Shown: piece by piece, positions 39,245-50,422 of the stretch
Layout of the letters: the number at the start of each line of letters is the position of its first letter
How positions within the stretch are numbered: position 1 is the first letter of the stretch
Made by a program: the position numbers and the translations under genes
Notes under the pieces: generated by a model
Told to the model about the DNA's origin: nothing
The model's input: only the letters and a program-made list of their open reading frames with translations
The model's database searches: none
Source of the DNA: a virus
Reading direction: 5' to 3' (one strand)
IMG/VR virus record: IMGVR_UViG_3300034107_000273
Span: 32,001-96,000 of that record
Length of the DNA stretch: 64,000 bases

Positions 39245-40320
39245 TATGAGGATAAGCCCATTTTTAAATGATGGTCGCATACGTCTGCAATGATATACTC
39301 TTCGTTATCTAGTATTACATCAAAGTACTTGGCATCTTTCTCGCAGTACACGCATTTTCCTGATTTCATATATCTATCATATCATATCTGGTTTTAAGTT
39401 CGGCGACGATATAGAGGTATCAAACCTTACATGCTCCAAAGGAGCACTATTGGTTAGCATCCACATCTTTGTCCCATATTATTAAACACTTTGTACAGGT
39501 AATACCTGCATCCCTCATATACCAAGTATGCTTACACATTCCTGTATTTCCAATTTAGCAGGGTATATATGAATTCACCGTACCACTTATGAGAACAACG
39601 CTTAATCCCATTCATACCATAATGATCCATCATAAATAAAGTTAGCTTTGTTTTGCTTTTGGTTCTAATGAACTTACCACAATCAATACATGCCTGAAAA
39701 ATGTGCATAGGAAGTGGCTTATCGTAATCTACTTTCACATTAACTCCTTTTCAATAGCCCTAATAGTTGGACAAGGATATGACCATTCATCGCATTCCAT
39801 ACAATTTGTTCCCCATGAACCGTCAGGTAAAGTTATTTCCTGTGGCTTATGTAATTCTAGGACAGAACGTATAACTATATATGGATGGTTTAGGGTTCTA
39901 CTATTCATATAGGTTTGGCTTTTTGTAGCCTCTAATAATTCATCATGTGTCATTTAGTACACCAGATCCTTCCATCACTCATGGTTTGATGAGTCTCCCA
40001 AAATAGGGGATCTTTATGGCTCATCTCACATTTTTGACATTCGTTTTTCTTCATAAAACAAGCATACCCTATTTTGGAGGGGAAGTCAAATTAAGGATAT
40101 CCACCATTCCAGATGACATCCCAAGAGATTGTATTATAATATAGAGCATCTACTGGAGTGCCATTTGCGTCATAGAAACCACCATCAACATAGGTAAATG
40201 GCTCAATATATGTATTATCATATACTTGGATAGGAGCAATCTTAGCTTTCACAATGACAACATGTGGATCAAAGTAAGATTCTATATTTGGTTTTTGTTG
40301 CTTAGATATTATTGTGAGCA

Positions 40321-41232
40321 TTATACTGCTCCAGATACATCATCCGTTACGTTTAACATTCCTGTTAGAACTGTATACACTTTATCTGGTGTTTCGCTTT
40401 GAGTTAAAAATATTGGAGTTCCACCTGTTGCTGGGTTTCTCCATGTAGAAAAAGTATATCCTGATCTTGTAACTATAGGAGCTGTATGTAAAAGACCAAT
40501 GTCCTTGGTTGTTGAAGTTCCTCCTGTGCCACCATTTGCATCCCAAGTAACCCTGTATTGTCCAGCTGGGATAGGTGTTGGTGCATCTGCAGCAGCAACT
40601 GCTGAAGTAGCCGAAGAGGTAGCAGTAGCATTGTCTCCAACACCATTACTTGCTGTAATAACAACTGTAATAGCCTTAGTTAAATCTCCTGAGACAATGG
40701 TGTATGTAGGAGAGTTAGTTCCAACGTTACTTCCAGCAGCTTTCCATTGATAAGATAGGGTTGGTGTTGGAGAACCAGTAAGTCCAGTTGTACCAGCTGT
40801 CAATACTTGTCCTACTTTAGCTGTTCCAGTAATTGTTGCTGTTGAGATTGCAGGAGCGATGTCAGGTAGAACATCAGCTGTTCCTCCTGTTGCTAGAGGT
40901 ACAGCATTCCATTGAGCATAAAATGTTATATTCTTATCTGGAGTATAGGTGGTTCCAGAATCTATTATTTGAACATCATAAAAATAATTACCAGCTGATA
41001 AATTTCTTCCAATGTTAGATGGAATTTTGCAAGATATACTAGACAAACCTACCTTTTGAGCAGTTCCTGTATATTGGGTAGCACCTGCTCCTCTGAAGTT
41101 AGCAATCTTAAATGTGTAGGTTTCAAACCCAGAAAGATCAAAGTCACTTCCATCTTGGTTCTTTACATCAATGCTGAATTCAAATGTATCTCCACGGTAG
41201 TACTCAAGGTTGTGAGTTTTTGGGAATGCCAT
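40321..41232 (-). CDS. BppU-like structural protein with inserted Ig-like domain
   Basis: YRGDTF...YFYDVQI...LTGMLNV domain interrupted by about 185 aa. Confidence 0.6.
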   Translation of the reverse strand: MAFPKTHNLEYYRGDTFEFSIDVKNQDGSDFDLSGFETYTFKIANFRGAGATQYTGTAQKVGLSSISCKIPSNIGRNLSAGNYFYDVQIIDSGTTYTPDKNITFYAQWNAVPLATGGTADVLPDIAPAISTATITGTAKVGQVLTAGTTGLTGSPTPTLSYQWKAAGSNVGTNSPTYTIVSGDLTKAITVVITASNGVGDNATATSSATSAVAAADAPTPIPAGQYRVTWDANGGTGGTSTTKDIGLLHTAPIVTRSGYTFSTWRNPATGGTPIFLTQSETPDKVYTVLTGMLNVTDDVSGAV

Positions 41233-41458
41233 AGTATGTGCCTCTTTTCTTAATTTATTATATCATGGTTTAAGTATTTGAAAATTTCGGGGAATATAAA
41301 TTGATCCTCATAATCCCTATAGTAAATACACTATATCCCCATATGCCCAATAGCCAAAGAGACGTACCGTTTTTTATAGATCGTAGCCTTTTATATACTC
41401 ACATTTGTCACATTTTGAGATAATAAAGCTACCCTTGATATAAAGGTTTATAGAGTGA

Positions 41459-42343
41459 GGTTTGTTATCTAAGCACATATATATATGATAGCATACTGGT
41501 TTTACTGGGCTATATATAGGGTTTGAAGGCTTATTTGATACTAGATATGGGGTTTGAAATGAGAAATAAATCTTACTGACATTTTTTAGATATGGTTTGG
41601 GTGGAGGAAAGTGGAGGATAGTGGGTTATTGGGCGCTTATACAGATGGCGTCGTAATGTCCACGGCTTTAAAACCTCCTATCATAAAACCTTTCCTTTGT
41701 CAAACCTTCTCTTTCTGGCATGGAGTATATCATCCAAACCTCTATTTGTCAAACCTTTATAGCTTAAAAGCCCTATAAAAAACCTATACAAAACCAGCCG
41801 AAATGTCCAATAATATAATAGAAAGGTTTGATAATATTTAAAAAGATATCCAAAACCAGGAGAAAAGGTTTGTTATTCTATAGGGAGTAAAAGGTATGTG
41901 GTTTGTCTTATATCCCCCGTCAAAAACGGGGACGCTAAAGCGTTGATCGTAATGTCTGATAGGATTATTAGCGCCTTCTGGCACGGGACTTAAAGAGATA
42001 TAAGAACTATACCTATAGTAACCAATAGAGTAATAAACCCTGTAGCTATAAATATAAACAAATCATAGTCTGGTTTGATATCATGTGGATCTTCATGAGA
42101 GTGGGTATGCTGAGAAAAACCATCATTAATAAAATATGGTCCACCGTGTTTTGAAAAATGATTTCTACCCATAAAACCATTATAACATGGTTTGACAAGG
42201 ATGGTTTGATATGATATAAGCTATGAATCTGGAAAAATATTTGAAGCTTCGTAATGTCCATGAATCTGGAAAAAATTTTGAATGCTCGTAATGTCTGAAA
42301 ATGGGAAAAATTTGGACATATCGTAATAAGGTTTGAAGGTTTG
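41459..42343. repeat. Cluster of GGTTTG/CAAACC and TCGTAATGTC motifs plus a 37-bp tandem duplication
   Basis: About 15 GGTTTG; 4 TCGTAATGTC; duplication 42223-42259 / 42260-42296. Confidence 0.7.
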
Positions 42344-42402
42344 GATCGGGACCCCTCGGGCACAACGGCAGGCTTTTGTCAAGCCCACCGCTGGCATCAC
42401 TA

Positions 42403-42615
42403 TTAGAATAGTTTGTATTGGTTGTAGTTATTGTACCGCTCTTGCATTGTGTGTTCCGCTGAGTCTGCAATAGTAATTAAACGATTGTAGATTACATTTG
42501 GTGATGACTCTGCAAGATACTGCCCTATCAAATCAAGGTCTAACCTTAAGTCTGATAGAACATTAGATAGTTGGATTGCTACCTTTTCTTCCTTTGTTAC
42601 CAGTTTTCGTCTCAT
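42403..42615 (-). CDS. Hypothetical protein
   Basis: GAAGGAG SD. Confidence 0.6.
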   Translation of the reverse strand: MRRKLVTKEEKVAIQLSNVLSDLRLDLDLIGQYLAESSPNVIYNRLITIADSAEHTMQERYNNYNQYKLF

Positions 42616-42697
42616 GGTTCTCCTTCATTTCATTGTACCAAAAATAAGGGGGGAGCGCAACCCACCACAAATCGCACTCCCCCGTTGCAGCGTTTGT

Positions 42698-43066
42698 TTA
42701 TACCACTGCGTGCTCAGGCAAATATGCTTGGATAAACTTATCCCATTTGACAGGAACATTATCAGTTACTGTCTTGTTAACAAAATCAATGACGACTGTC
42801 TGGTCTCCTAAATCATAGTTAGTACCATTAATCGCATAGATTCCAAATCCATGCTCATCTAAAATATTATGCTGAATGAGATAACTAATTATCATACGTG
42901 TGCCATATGAAGCATCATTCCAACGTGGCTTGGCATGCTCTAGCGCTTGTGCAATATCAGTCTCCCATCCAGTCTGGCCCCAGTGACTGTATAGAACAAC
43001 AGATACGGAGGGCTCTCCTACTGCAGGATCTGAATCTTTAAAAACAAAGTTAATTCTTGCTCCCAT
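42698..43066 (-). CDS. Conserved phage hypothetical protein
   Basis: LYSHWG, PRWND.SY. Confidence 0.65.
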   Translation of the reverse strand: MGARINFVFKDSDPAVGEPSVSVVLYSHWGQTGWETDIAQALEHAKPRWNDASYGTRMIISYLIQHNILDEHGFGIYAINGTNYDLGDQTVVIDFVNKTVTDNVPVKWDKFIQAYLPEHAVV

Positions 43067-43311
43067 TATTCTTGCTCCTCAATCTCTGTAACTTGTAGTG
43101 GAAACCAATCGTATGCATAATCTTCAACATCTTCAGTTAATTCAATACGATTAATCTCAGCAATTGCAGAGGCTTCATCTTCTGACTCAATCTCAAACTC
43201 ATAGTAAGTTTCTCTAGTGGCAGTTATTTTGTATAGTGGCATTTTCTTCCTTTTCTGTAGTAGTTACTTCAATTGTACCAAAATCTAGGGGCAGTGTCAA
43301 TTCTTCCCACA

Positions 43312-44001
43312 TTAATTGCTCCTGTCGTCATAGGCCTTTTGGTGTGCCTCACACATGTCACTGCTCCAGCCACAGTGTGGGCATGGATAGTCTGAACAGT
43401 CATCACAGTCAATGATTTGGCTATCCTCATAGGTACCGTCACAATCATTGCATTGGTTGTCATACATTGACTCACTAATTATCTTACCACGCAAGAGTTC
43501 ACACTCTCCACCCCAGCCAGTCTCTTCTTCGTATGACAAAGTAAATAATAAATCAGGGTACTGTTCAGAAAGATTAAGTAGAGCAGGCATTGGACGAGAC
43601 CATGCTGTATTAAAGTTATAGTGAACAACGTGGTTCTCACCATTGACTGTATCTTCAACGGTAGTATCAGGGTATTCATTATCTGAAGATACCGCTACAT
43701 CCCACTTAGTACCCCAGTTACGAACATTCCAGTTATACCAATCATCACCCTCAAAGGTAATTGGTAGTTCTGGTGTATGTACAGGCTGACTGTCATAGGT
43801 ATCTAGATTAGTAGGCTTAACAATGTTCCAGAATGCAAAGACAGGGTTTGGATACGTTACCTGTTGTTTTTCCATTTGATGTGTCTCAGTGCTCCAGTTG
43901 TCATGAACACGAACGAATGGTTGATTAAGTTGGTCCATCATTTTCTTGACAGACTCTGGATTGCCTTCTACAGTTAATCCGTTAAATACCCAGTTTGGCA
44001 T
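43312..44001 (-). CDS. Api92/YubB ferredoxin-like domain protein
   Basis: MPNW, WYNWNVRNWGTKWD, FNTAWSRP. Confidence 0.8.
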   Translation of the reverse strand: MPNWVFNGLTVEGNPESVKKMMDQLNQPFVRVHDNWSTETHQMEKQQVTYPNPVFAFWNIVKPTNLDTYDSQPVHTPELPITFEGDDWYNWNVRNWGTKWDVAVSSDNEYPDTTVEDTVNGENHVVHYNFNTAWSRPMPALLNLSEQYPDLLFTLSYEEETGWGGECELLRGKIISESMYDNQCNDCDGTYEDSQIIDCDDCSDYPCPHCGWSSDMCEAHQKAYDDRSN

Positions 44002-44233
44002 GGTGGTTCTCCTTTATTTGTTGGCGGTCTATACTTAAATTATACGTCAAGCAGTATAGGTCTGTCAAGCAGTCTTTGTACCCCTCTGCCCACTGTTTAT
44101 CTTCAAACTCTTTATCTTGCATTTCATTCATCATATTCTTTAACTCGCCGTGCAGGATATCAATTAGAGGAATGCTAAGATCTTCCATAGCACGTTCTAA
44201 GTGCTTGGGTAGGAATGGATACTTATCACTCAT
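43982..44233 (-). CDS. Hypothetical protein
   Basis: GGAG SD. Confidence 0.55.
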   Translation of the reverse strand: MSDKYPFLPKHLERAMEDLSIPLIDILHGELKNMMNEMQDKEFEDKQWAEGYKDCLTDLYCLTYNLSIDRQQIKENHHAKLGI

Positions 44234-44405
44234 TAATTAACTCCAATACATAGTCGTATGCGTCAAGGGCACCCATATAGAAATCATCTGACTCCCAATG
44301 GTATCCCTCTCCAGGGTCAGCACCTTCTTGTGCTTCTTCCATGTCTTGCTCAACGCTGATTCTGTGAATTTTTAAGTACTCTCTTAATGTGTTTATGTCC
44401 ATATA

Positions 44406-44621
44406 TTAATTATAAGGGTTGCTGTTGATTTTGACAAGTTTTGGTGGTGTGATGTTAGTCACAGGCTCCAGGGTAGGTCCCTTAGCATCTGACTCTTCTA
44501 ATAGGATAACTATACCCTCACCGTCACAGATGCAGGAAGGCTCTCTAACAAGATCTGAACAGGCAGTGATTTCAATCAGGGCATCGCAATCAATGCATAG
44601 ATAATCATACTTAGTCCACAT
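44406..44621 (-). CDS. Zn-ribbon protein
   Basis: YDYLCIDC...CIC. Confidence 0.55.
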   Translation of the reverse strand: MWTKYDYLCIDCDALIEITACSDLVREPSCICDGEGIVILLEESDAKGPTLEPVTNITPPKLVKINSNPYN

Positions 44622-44929
44622 AATCAGTCCTTACATATATCGCATAGGGATTCAATACAACAAATAGATTCAACTGAGCACCAATCGCACCAGTCTTTAT
44701 TAAGATTACAATTCATTAGTCAAAGTACCCTTCTGCCCATAAGCCCTGGAGGAAAGAATAGGTTTTAGCCAAACCTTCTCGTAATTGTTCATTAGATGAA
44801 CTATCATGAGCAAGCCCTACAAAATGGCTCATCTCATCTAAATCTGTTTTAGTATAACCTAACATTATTCCTCACATTCACATTTATAGTTTGGGTTTTG
44901 GACGGGTATTCTACAAAAAGGATGACATT

Positions 44930-45142
44930 TCATAGTAGGAAATCATCTCCCTCTATGTATCCATAGTATTCGTTATACTGTTGTTTTAGTTCAGGTGAGG
45001 CATATTGCATAAACATATTTTCTGCATAGTCTTCCCCTTGTTCTAAGTTGTTATTAGACCATTGGTCAAACAACTCTTCTGCAATTTCCTGTATCATTGC
45101 TCCTGTGATGTGTTCTGCTAGTGTGTCTATGAATTGTTCCAT
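44930..45142 (-). CDS. Acidic hypothetical protein
   Basis: AGGAG SD; promoter TTGCTT-17-TAAAAT. Confidence 0.6.
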   Translation of the reverse strand: MEQFIDTLAEHITGAMIQEIAEELFDQWSNNNLEQGEDYAENMFMQYASPELKQQYNEYYGYIEGDDFLL

Positions 45143-45263
45143 TTTTTCTCCTATGGTAGTTATGATATTAATTTTACAGGAAAACTGGGAAAAAAGCAAC
45201 TCCTACGTAATAAAGTTTTTAATGAATGTTTATATTATGTAAAGTGCCCCCGAGCCGTTTTCC

Positions 45264-45340
45264 TGGCGATCCGTACGAGACTTGAACTCGTGACCTCTAC
45301 CGTGACAGGGTAGCGCTCTAACCAACTGAGCTAACGGACC
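45264..45340 (-). tRNA. tRNA-Asp(GTC)
   Basis: Cloverleaf; loop CTGTCAC; encoded CCA. Confidence 0.92.
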
Positions 45341-45383
45341 AATAAGGTGAGCAGTTTTAAATCTTGCTCAGGATTTTTTTTAG

Positions 45384-46400
45384 TTATGCAATCTGCATTA
45401 CGTTTTGCACAACTTTTAGCAAACGATTTTTTTCTGCGTTAATTGCAGGGTCAAAACCACTTGCACTAGCAAGAATACTTTCGTTATTCCCACCACGTGC
45501 AGAACGATACCAGTCAAGGCGTTCTGTTAGTGCATTGAAAGCACCCCATGCGTTACCAGCAATCATGCCGTTAAACTCGCCTGTATAAATGTCGTTAATA
45601 ACATCTACCTTGTTTTCCCATTTCTTGAAAGCACCCTTTGAGTCCTTTTCAGGCTTAGGGTATGCAGAAAGGATAATGTCATTGAAAGACTTAGCATTGA
45701 CTTCTTTTTCAATCATTGCCTTAGCCATGATGTCAAATTCATCCATGTAAGCATTAGCAAGACCAAGAGTCTGTCGTGCAATAGCAACCTTACCGCTTGC
45801 TGTCTGTGTGTGACGTATCTTGAAAGATTGCTTGATACCATTCTTACGCTTTTTCTGATTAAGTGCAAGATTGAGAGTGTTAGCGCACACAACACGAACA
45901 GGTGTAATGCTTGCTTGAATAGCGATAGAGCCGTCATGTGATGTGTTGATAAGTAAATAAGTCTTTACCTTATCTGCAACACCGCTAGGGTCTAGAACAG
46001 TTTCACGCTCTAGTGCTAGTGCGCCAAATACTACACGACCGCCCTTGATTGAGCCAGCAGTTTCCCAACGACCTCCGCCGTCTAGAATGTTATCACCAAA
46101 TGAGAACAAGTCCTCATTCTGCATAACGTGGTAACGCTCACCAACGACACCAAGAATGTCTGTCTGAGAGTTGTCAGTAGGATTGGTACGCAATACATAC
46201 TGATAGTTTTTATCGCTTGTTAAGTGTGATGGAGTTTGCAAATCCTCTAGACGAACATTCCACCCATTGAGGTTAGCAAGAGCCAACATCTCTGATGTGT
46301 TTTTTTCCTCTGTAAAGACTGTACCCAATCCATGCCATGCAGGCTCTCTAAATGAAGCAAAAGAGGTCTTGCCGTTTTGTATTTCTAGGTCATGTGCCAT
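45384..46400 (-). CDS. DUF932 (TIGR03299-like) phage/plasmid protein
   Basis: PAWHGLG, WETAGSIKGG, SHDGS, PVRVVCANTL. Confidence 0.88.
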   Translation of the reverse strand: MAHDLEIQNGKTSFASFREPAWHGLGTVFTEEKNTSEMLALANLNGWNVRLEDLQTPSHLTSDKNYQYVLRTNPTDNSQTDILGVVGERYHVMQNEDLFSFGDNILDGGGRWETAGSIKGGRVVFGALALERETVLDPSGVADKVKTYLLINTSHDGSIAIQASITPVRVVCANTLNLALNQKKRKNGIKQSFKIRHTQTASGKVAIARQTLGLANAYMDEFDIMAKAMIEKEVNAKSFNDIILSAYPKPEKDSKGAFKKWENKVDVINDIYTGEFNGMIAGNAWGAFNALTERLDWYRSARGGNNESILASASGFDPAINAEKNRLLKVVQNVMQIA

Positions 46401-46625
46401 GAGTTTATTTTCCTTTTCTTTTTGTAGTTATTTTAAGTATAGCAGGATAGGCTGACAAATGCAAAGCGGGATAGTTAAAAATGGGAAAAAATGGGGATTA
46501 TTTTAATGTGTCGTAAATCACAGTGTGAGCTTGATCACGCCCCCCGAGCCGCTTTTTTATGCAACGGCATAAATAAAAATAAGGAGCAGTTTTAAAACAT
46601 GCTCAGGTTTATTAGTAGCCCCCTA

Positions 46626-47057
46626 CTAAATACTTACTCTCTCAATGGAAGAGGATAGGTATTGAACTGAGTCTGAACTATAATCAACAGTATCAAAATC
46701 AATTTCATGAATTAAGTTTTGTGCCTCTTCTTCATTACGTGCATTAACTGTAATTGAATACTGAACTTCAACTTCTAGTTCAAATTCTTTTGTTAATTCA
46801 AAACCGCAAATGTCTGCAATTTCTTGTGCTTCTGACTCATTAAGCGTACCTGCTTCAATGGCTTCAAAGGTCCATTCTTGCATTGCTTCTACCATACGAT
46901 TATGCTCTGCTGCTAAGCCGTATGAACGTTGTGTTACTACGCTGATGTGCTTTTCTAGTTCATCTATGCGTGTTTTGTTTGATGCTAACTGTGACTCAAG
47001 GAATTCTCTTGTCAAGTACATTGGCTTTTCTGTTGTTTCTGTGATTGGTTGGTCCAT
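46626..47057 (-). CDS. Hypothetical protein
   Basis: Own promoter; VNARNEEEA domain. Confidence 0.65.
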   Translation of the reverse strand: MDQPITETTEKPMYLTREFLESQLASNKTRIDELEKHISVVTQRSYGLAAEHNRMVEAMQEWTFEAIEAGTLNESEAQEIADICGFELTKEFELEVEVQYSITVNARNEEEAQNLIHEIDFDTVDYSSDSVQYLSSSIERVSI

Positions 47058-47121
47058 AAGGGCTACCTCTTTCTGTTAGTTGTTTAGTTTAATTGTACTG
47101 CAGGGCACTGACAAATGTCAA

Positions 47122-47619
47122 TTACCAAGATGATGCATAAGAAAATGACAACTTATCAATTTCTGGTAGGGCAAATAGGCGTTCTAATTGACGGATAGTA
47201 TTCTTGATATCATTCCAATACCATTCATCAATATCTGTACCACCAAAGAAAAATCCTGCTTGTGGTGGAAATAGGCTAGGGTCTTTAGTTTCTAGCGCAT
47301 GCTTACACAGTGCAAGCAATTCTATTAGTTTATCTTGTGAGACATAGTAGTCTCCACAGTCATCAATACCATTCTGAACATTCTTGACAAACCAAGCATG
47401 TATCTGATTAGCCTTGCGCCAATAAGCACAGGTAACTTCTACACTTGCTCCATAGATATCTGTTGCAACATCTGTGAGTTGTGTCAATGCCATTAGGTCA
47501 TTGAACTTAGGATATACGGCTTCAGGTGATGAATAAGATAATTCATCATTTGCTTGGAGCGCTTTCCAATTAATTTTTTCTAAATGCTTCTTAGCACTAA
47601 GGTACATGTCTAATCCCAT
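47122..47619 (-). CDS. Conserved phage hypothetical protein
   Basis: MGLDMYL, YWRKANQIHAWF, GFFFGG. Confidence 0.75.
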   Translation of the reverse strand: MGLDMYLSAKKHLEKINWKALQANDELSYSSPEAVYPKFNDLMALTQLTDVATDIYGASVEVTCAYWRKANQIHAWFVKNVQNGIDDCGDYYVSQDKLIELLALCKHALETKDPSLFPPQAGFFFGGTDIDEWYWNDIKNTIRQLERLFALPEIDKLSFSYASSW

Positions 47620-47887
47620 GGGGGCTTCCTTCTTTCTGTTGTTCTGATATTAATATAATTCTAGCAGGTTGGACTGACAAATGCCAATCGTAAATCCTGG
47701 GATCTTAAATAGTGGTACGTAAAGGGTGTGATTAAATTCACATGAGCTCGGGGGCAAAAAGTGAACAGTTTTAATTCATGTTCAGGAATGCACCGCCTCG
47801 CTATAGCACTGGCAGTAACTTTGTTGAGCAGTTTTGCAACCTACTCAGGTTGTTTGGGTTCAGGACTTTAATTGCCTCCCAAATTAT

Positions 47888-48310
47888 TTAGAGATAACGA
47901 GCAACCGCATTGTAAGTGCTTGTGCTAACTACTTCCTCATCTGTCATCTTTAGGATACGAATAGCATTAGAGATTTCCTCTTTCTGCTCACGATAGTTAT
48001 AAACAGAGATTGACTCAAAATCCCTCTCAGGCTCTTTAGGTAAATCCTTGTCTGATACTGTTAGGTCGTAGTCAATGTTGAGAGTGTTGTTCCAGTTGCG
48101 ATAGTTAGTGCGAAAGTTTTCAGCCTTCTTGATGTTAGCAACCGCATAGTCGCTAATCTCTTTCTGCCAAGCCTTACGCAACTTTTCATACTTTGCTTCG
48201 TTTGCTTCTTGTGATGCGTAGTCTGCTTCTAGTTTAGCAAGTGCTACTTCTAGTGCCTTGATTACCTTTGGTGTTGCTATCTTTACTGAGATTGCTTTTT
48301 GACGTGCCAT
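47888..48310 (-). CDS. Hypothetical protein
   Basis: Own promoter. Confidence 0.65.
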   Translation of the reverse strand: MARQKAISVKIATPKVIKALEVALAKLEADYASQEANEAKYEKLRKAWQKEISDYAVANIKKAENFRTNYRNWNNTLNIDYDLTVSDKDLPKEPERDFESISVYNYREQKEEISNAIRILKMTDEEVVSTSTYNAVARYL

Positions 48311-48416
48311 GTGTTTTTCTCTTTTCTTTGGTGGGTTATTTATAGTATAGGGGTTGGGTGTGACATTTTTAGTGTGAGCAGTTTTAATTCATACTCAGGA
48401 ATAAGCAATTAACTAG

Positions 48417-48584
48417 TTACGCTTGGGCTTTCCATGTTGTCCAGCGTGTGTTGCCATTAACGTCTAACTTAACACGAACTGTATCCTTTGATGTTGGTGC
48501 GATTTCAAGGATTGTTCCTGTTACCTTTGACTTTTGTGATGTGTAGAGGTCGCCTACCTTGTATGTGTTTGTTGCTACTGTCAT
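48417..48584 (-). CDS. Small SH3/KOW-like protein
   Basis: YKVGD...TGTILEI; AGGAG SD. Confidence 0.55.
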   Translation of the reverse strand: MTVATNTYKVGDLYTSQKSKVTGTILEIAPTSKDTVRVKLDVNGNTRWTTWKAQA

Positions 48585-48771
48585 TTTATTTCTCCTTTTT
48601 AGTTTGTTGTATGTATTAAGTATAACATTTCCCACTGACATTTTTCAACTCCATTTCTGTTATTTCTCACTATTTGAGACGCTTGCGGGTGTGATGTAGG
48701 TCACTATTGGTAAATCAGGAACACTAATAGGGCTATTATGAATAGCGGAATTATGCTTTCCATTTATCTCC

Positions 48772-49494
48772 TTACTTTTTACTTGATGAGAATACAACGT
48801 CACTCTTTGAGTATACACAAAGTGAGCAAGAAACGCAAGCGGAGCCTTGTTGAGAGATTAGGGGAATGGCTTTTTTATTCTCAGGACACTTTGCCCCTAC
48901 CTTGCCAATCATCTCTTTCATGTCTGCTTGTCCTACTTGAAAGTTTTTTGCGAGGTATGCAAGACGAATACCATGATCTGTTTTAAGACCAATACCTATA
49001 GCCTTGTTTTCGCTATCTGTAGAATAGTATAAAGATAGATTAGGAATATCTTTAAGCATTACCGCTGCACTCTTCACTCTTGTATAAACCCAGAATTGAA
49101 TTTCAGGATTATTAAGGATGACATGCTTCCATGCGAATGTATAAGTATCATTAAAGAAGTCGCCGTCCCAATGAATACGGAATAGCATAGGGGCTTCACG
49201 CTTTACACAATCAGCCTTGAAGTCTGCAATCATCTCTTCAAGCAATGCTTCAATAGTATCATGATCAGCGTCTTTAACTAATTCCCAATTATGTAATAGG
49301 TTTTTCTTTACTGTTGGGAATACCTTTTCCAATTTGCCTGCATAGCAAACACTCTCGCAGACACTCGTTGCGCCAGGACATGAATAGTTTTTTCCTGCAG
49401 GTAGTCCAAAGGTGTTGGCGATACTTGCTTGTTTTCCATTAGGGGTGACGGCATTAGCGACCTTTCTGTCTTTGCTTCTGAGTAGTTTAGTCAT
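48772..49494 (-). CDS. Gp88-like Fe-S (radical-SAM-like) phage protein
   Basis: FGLPAG..SCPGA..CESVCYA, FRIHWDGDF, WVYTR. Confidence 0.7.
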   Translation of the reverse strand: MTKLLRSKDRKVANAVTPNGKQASIANTFGLPAGKNYSCPGATSVCESVCYAGKLEKVFPTVKKNLLHNWELVKDADHDTIEALLEEMIADFKADCVKREAPMLFRIHWDGDFFNDTYTFAWKHVILNNPEIQFWVYTRVKSAAVMLKDIPNLSLYYSTDSENKAIGIGLKTDHGIRLAYLAKNFQVGQADMKEMIGKVGAKCPENKKAIPLISQQGSACVSCSLCVYSKSDVVFSSSKK

Positions 49495-49723
49495 GGTGGG
49501 TTACTCGCTTTCTTTCTTTAATTTTAGCATTTGGGACTGACATTTTTTTCTATTGTATTTCTTTTTATTTGGAACAGCTGAGGCTGCATTAGAACGGCGA
49601 AGTTCCATTAACCTTCTTAATTCCTCAGAATTTTTCTTCATAACTTAATCTTATCAGAAATGGGAAAAAATATCAAATCTCTTAAATGTGATCAATCTCA
49701 CAGGGCCCCCTCGGGCCGTTTTT

Positions 49724-49957
49724 TCAATCTAAATAAACGTACCAATCAACTTCATCATCAAATGCAAACTGAACAATTTCTGATTCACCAAAATCATTTG
49801 TTATTTGAATGTCATAGTTATCTCCTGTTGAATCACTTTCAATAAAAGTAATTTCAACAATCTCATCACCATAACCAATTAGATCCCCAATCTGTAGTGC
49901 ATCTACAGTTAGCGAATCTGCTTTGACTAGTTCCATGTCAATCATTGTAGCACTCAT
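49724..49957 (-). CDS. Acidic hypothetical protein
   Basis: LQIGDLI; GGAG SD. Confidence 0.55.
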   Translation of the reverse strand: MSATMIDMELVKADSLTVDALQIGDLIGYGDEIVEITFIESDSTGDNYDIQITNDFGESEIVQFAFDDEVDWYVYLD

Positions 49958-50098
49958 TTAGATAAACTCCGCTAAATCTCTATCCATTATTTCATTCATG
50001 TCCACTCCTTGAGTTTCTGCTATGGCTTCCCATAGGTCTGATTCTGTATAGTTTCCATCAGGATACCATTCTGCTAAAAGTGAGTATAAGTCTGTCAT

Positions 50099-50422
50099 TT
50101 ATTCTAATCCCAATCCTAATTCATAGCCTGCATCTTCTTCCCAATAGTCTGCCTCATCTTGTGGCAACCATGGGTCTAAGTGGTGTTGTTCAATAATTGC
50201 AAACGCTGGAGCGTGGCTCATTCCCTTATAGAATACTCCGTCTGGCATCGCAATCTGGCGCATGGCATCATTTTCATGGTATGCGTCAATAGCATCTATG
50301 CAAGGCTGAACCATGCTTAGTGGTACTGGTGGATAGTGATTACCTTGTAAGTGATAACCAATAGCCTGTTCAAGTGTTATGTCTAGGTTTTCTGCTAAGT
50401 CCATCGCTGTATTGTATCCCAT
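50099..50422 (-). CDS. Hypothetical protein
   Basis: HLQGNHYPPVP. Confidence 0.65.
   Translation of the reverse strand: MGYNTAMDLAENLDITLEQAIGYHLQGNHYPPVPLSMVQPCIDAIDAYHENDAMRQIAMPDGVFYKGMSHAPAFAIIEQHHLDPWLPQDEADYWEEDAGYELGLGLE

Noticed and set aside
45348-45376. Pseudoknot as a theta/HDV-like ribozyme
   Set aside because: Too short, has a single pseudoknot, and lies 5' rather than 3' of the tRNA
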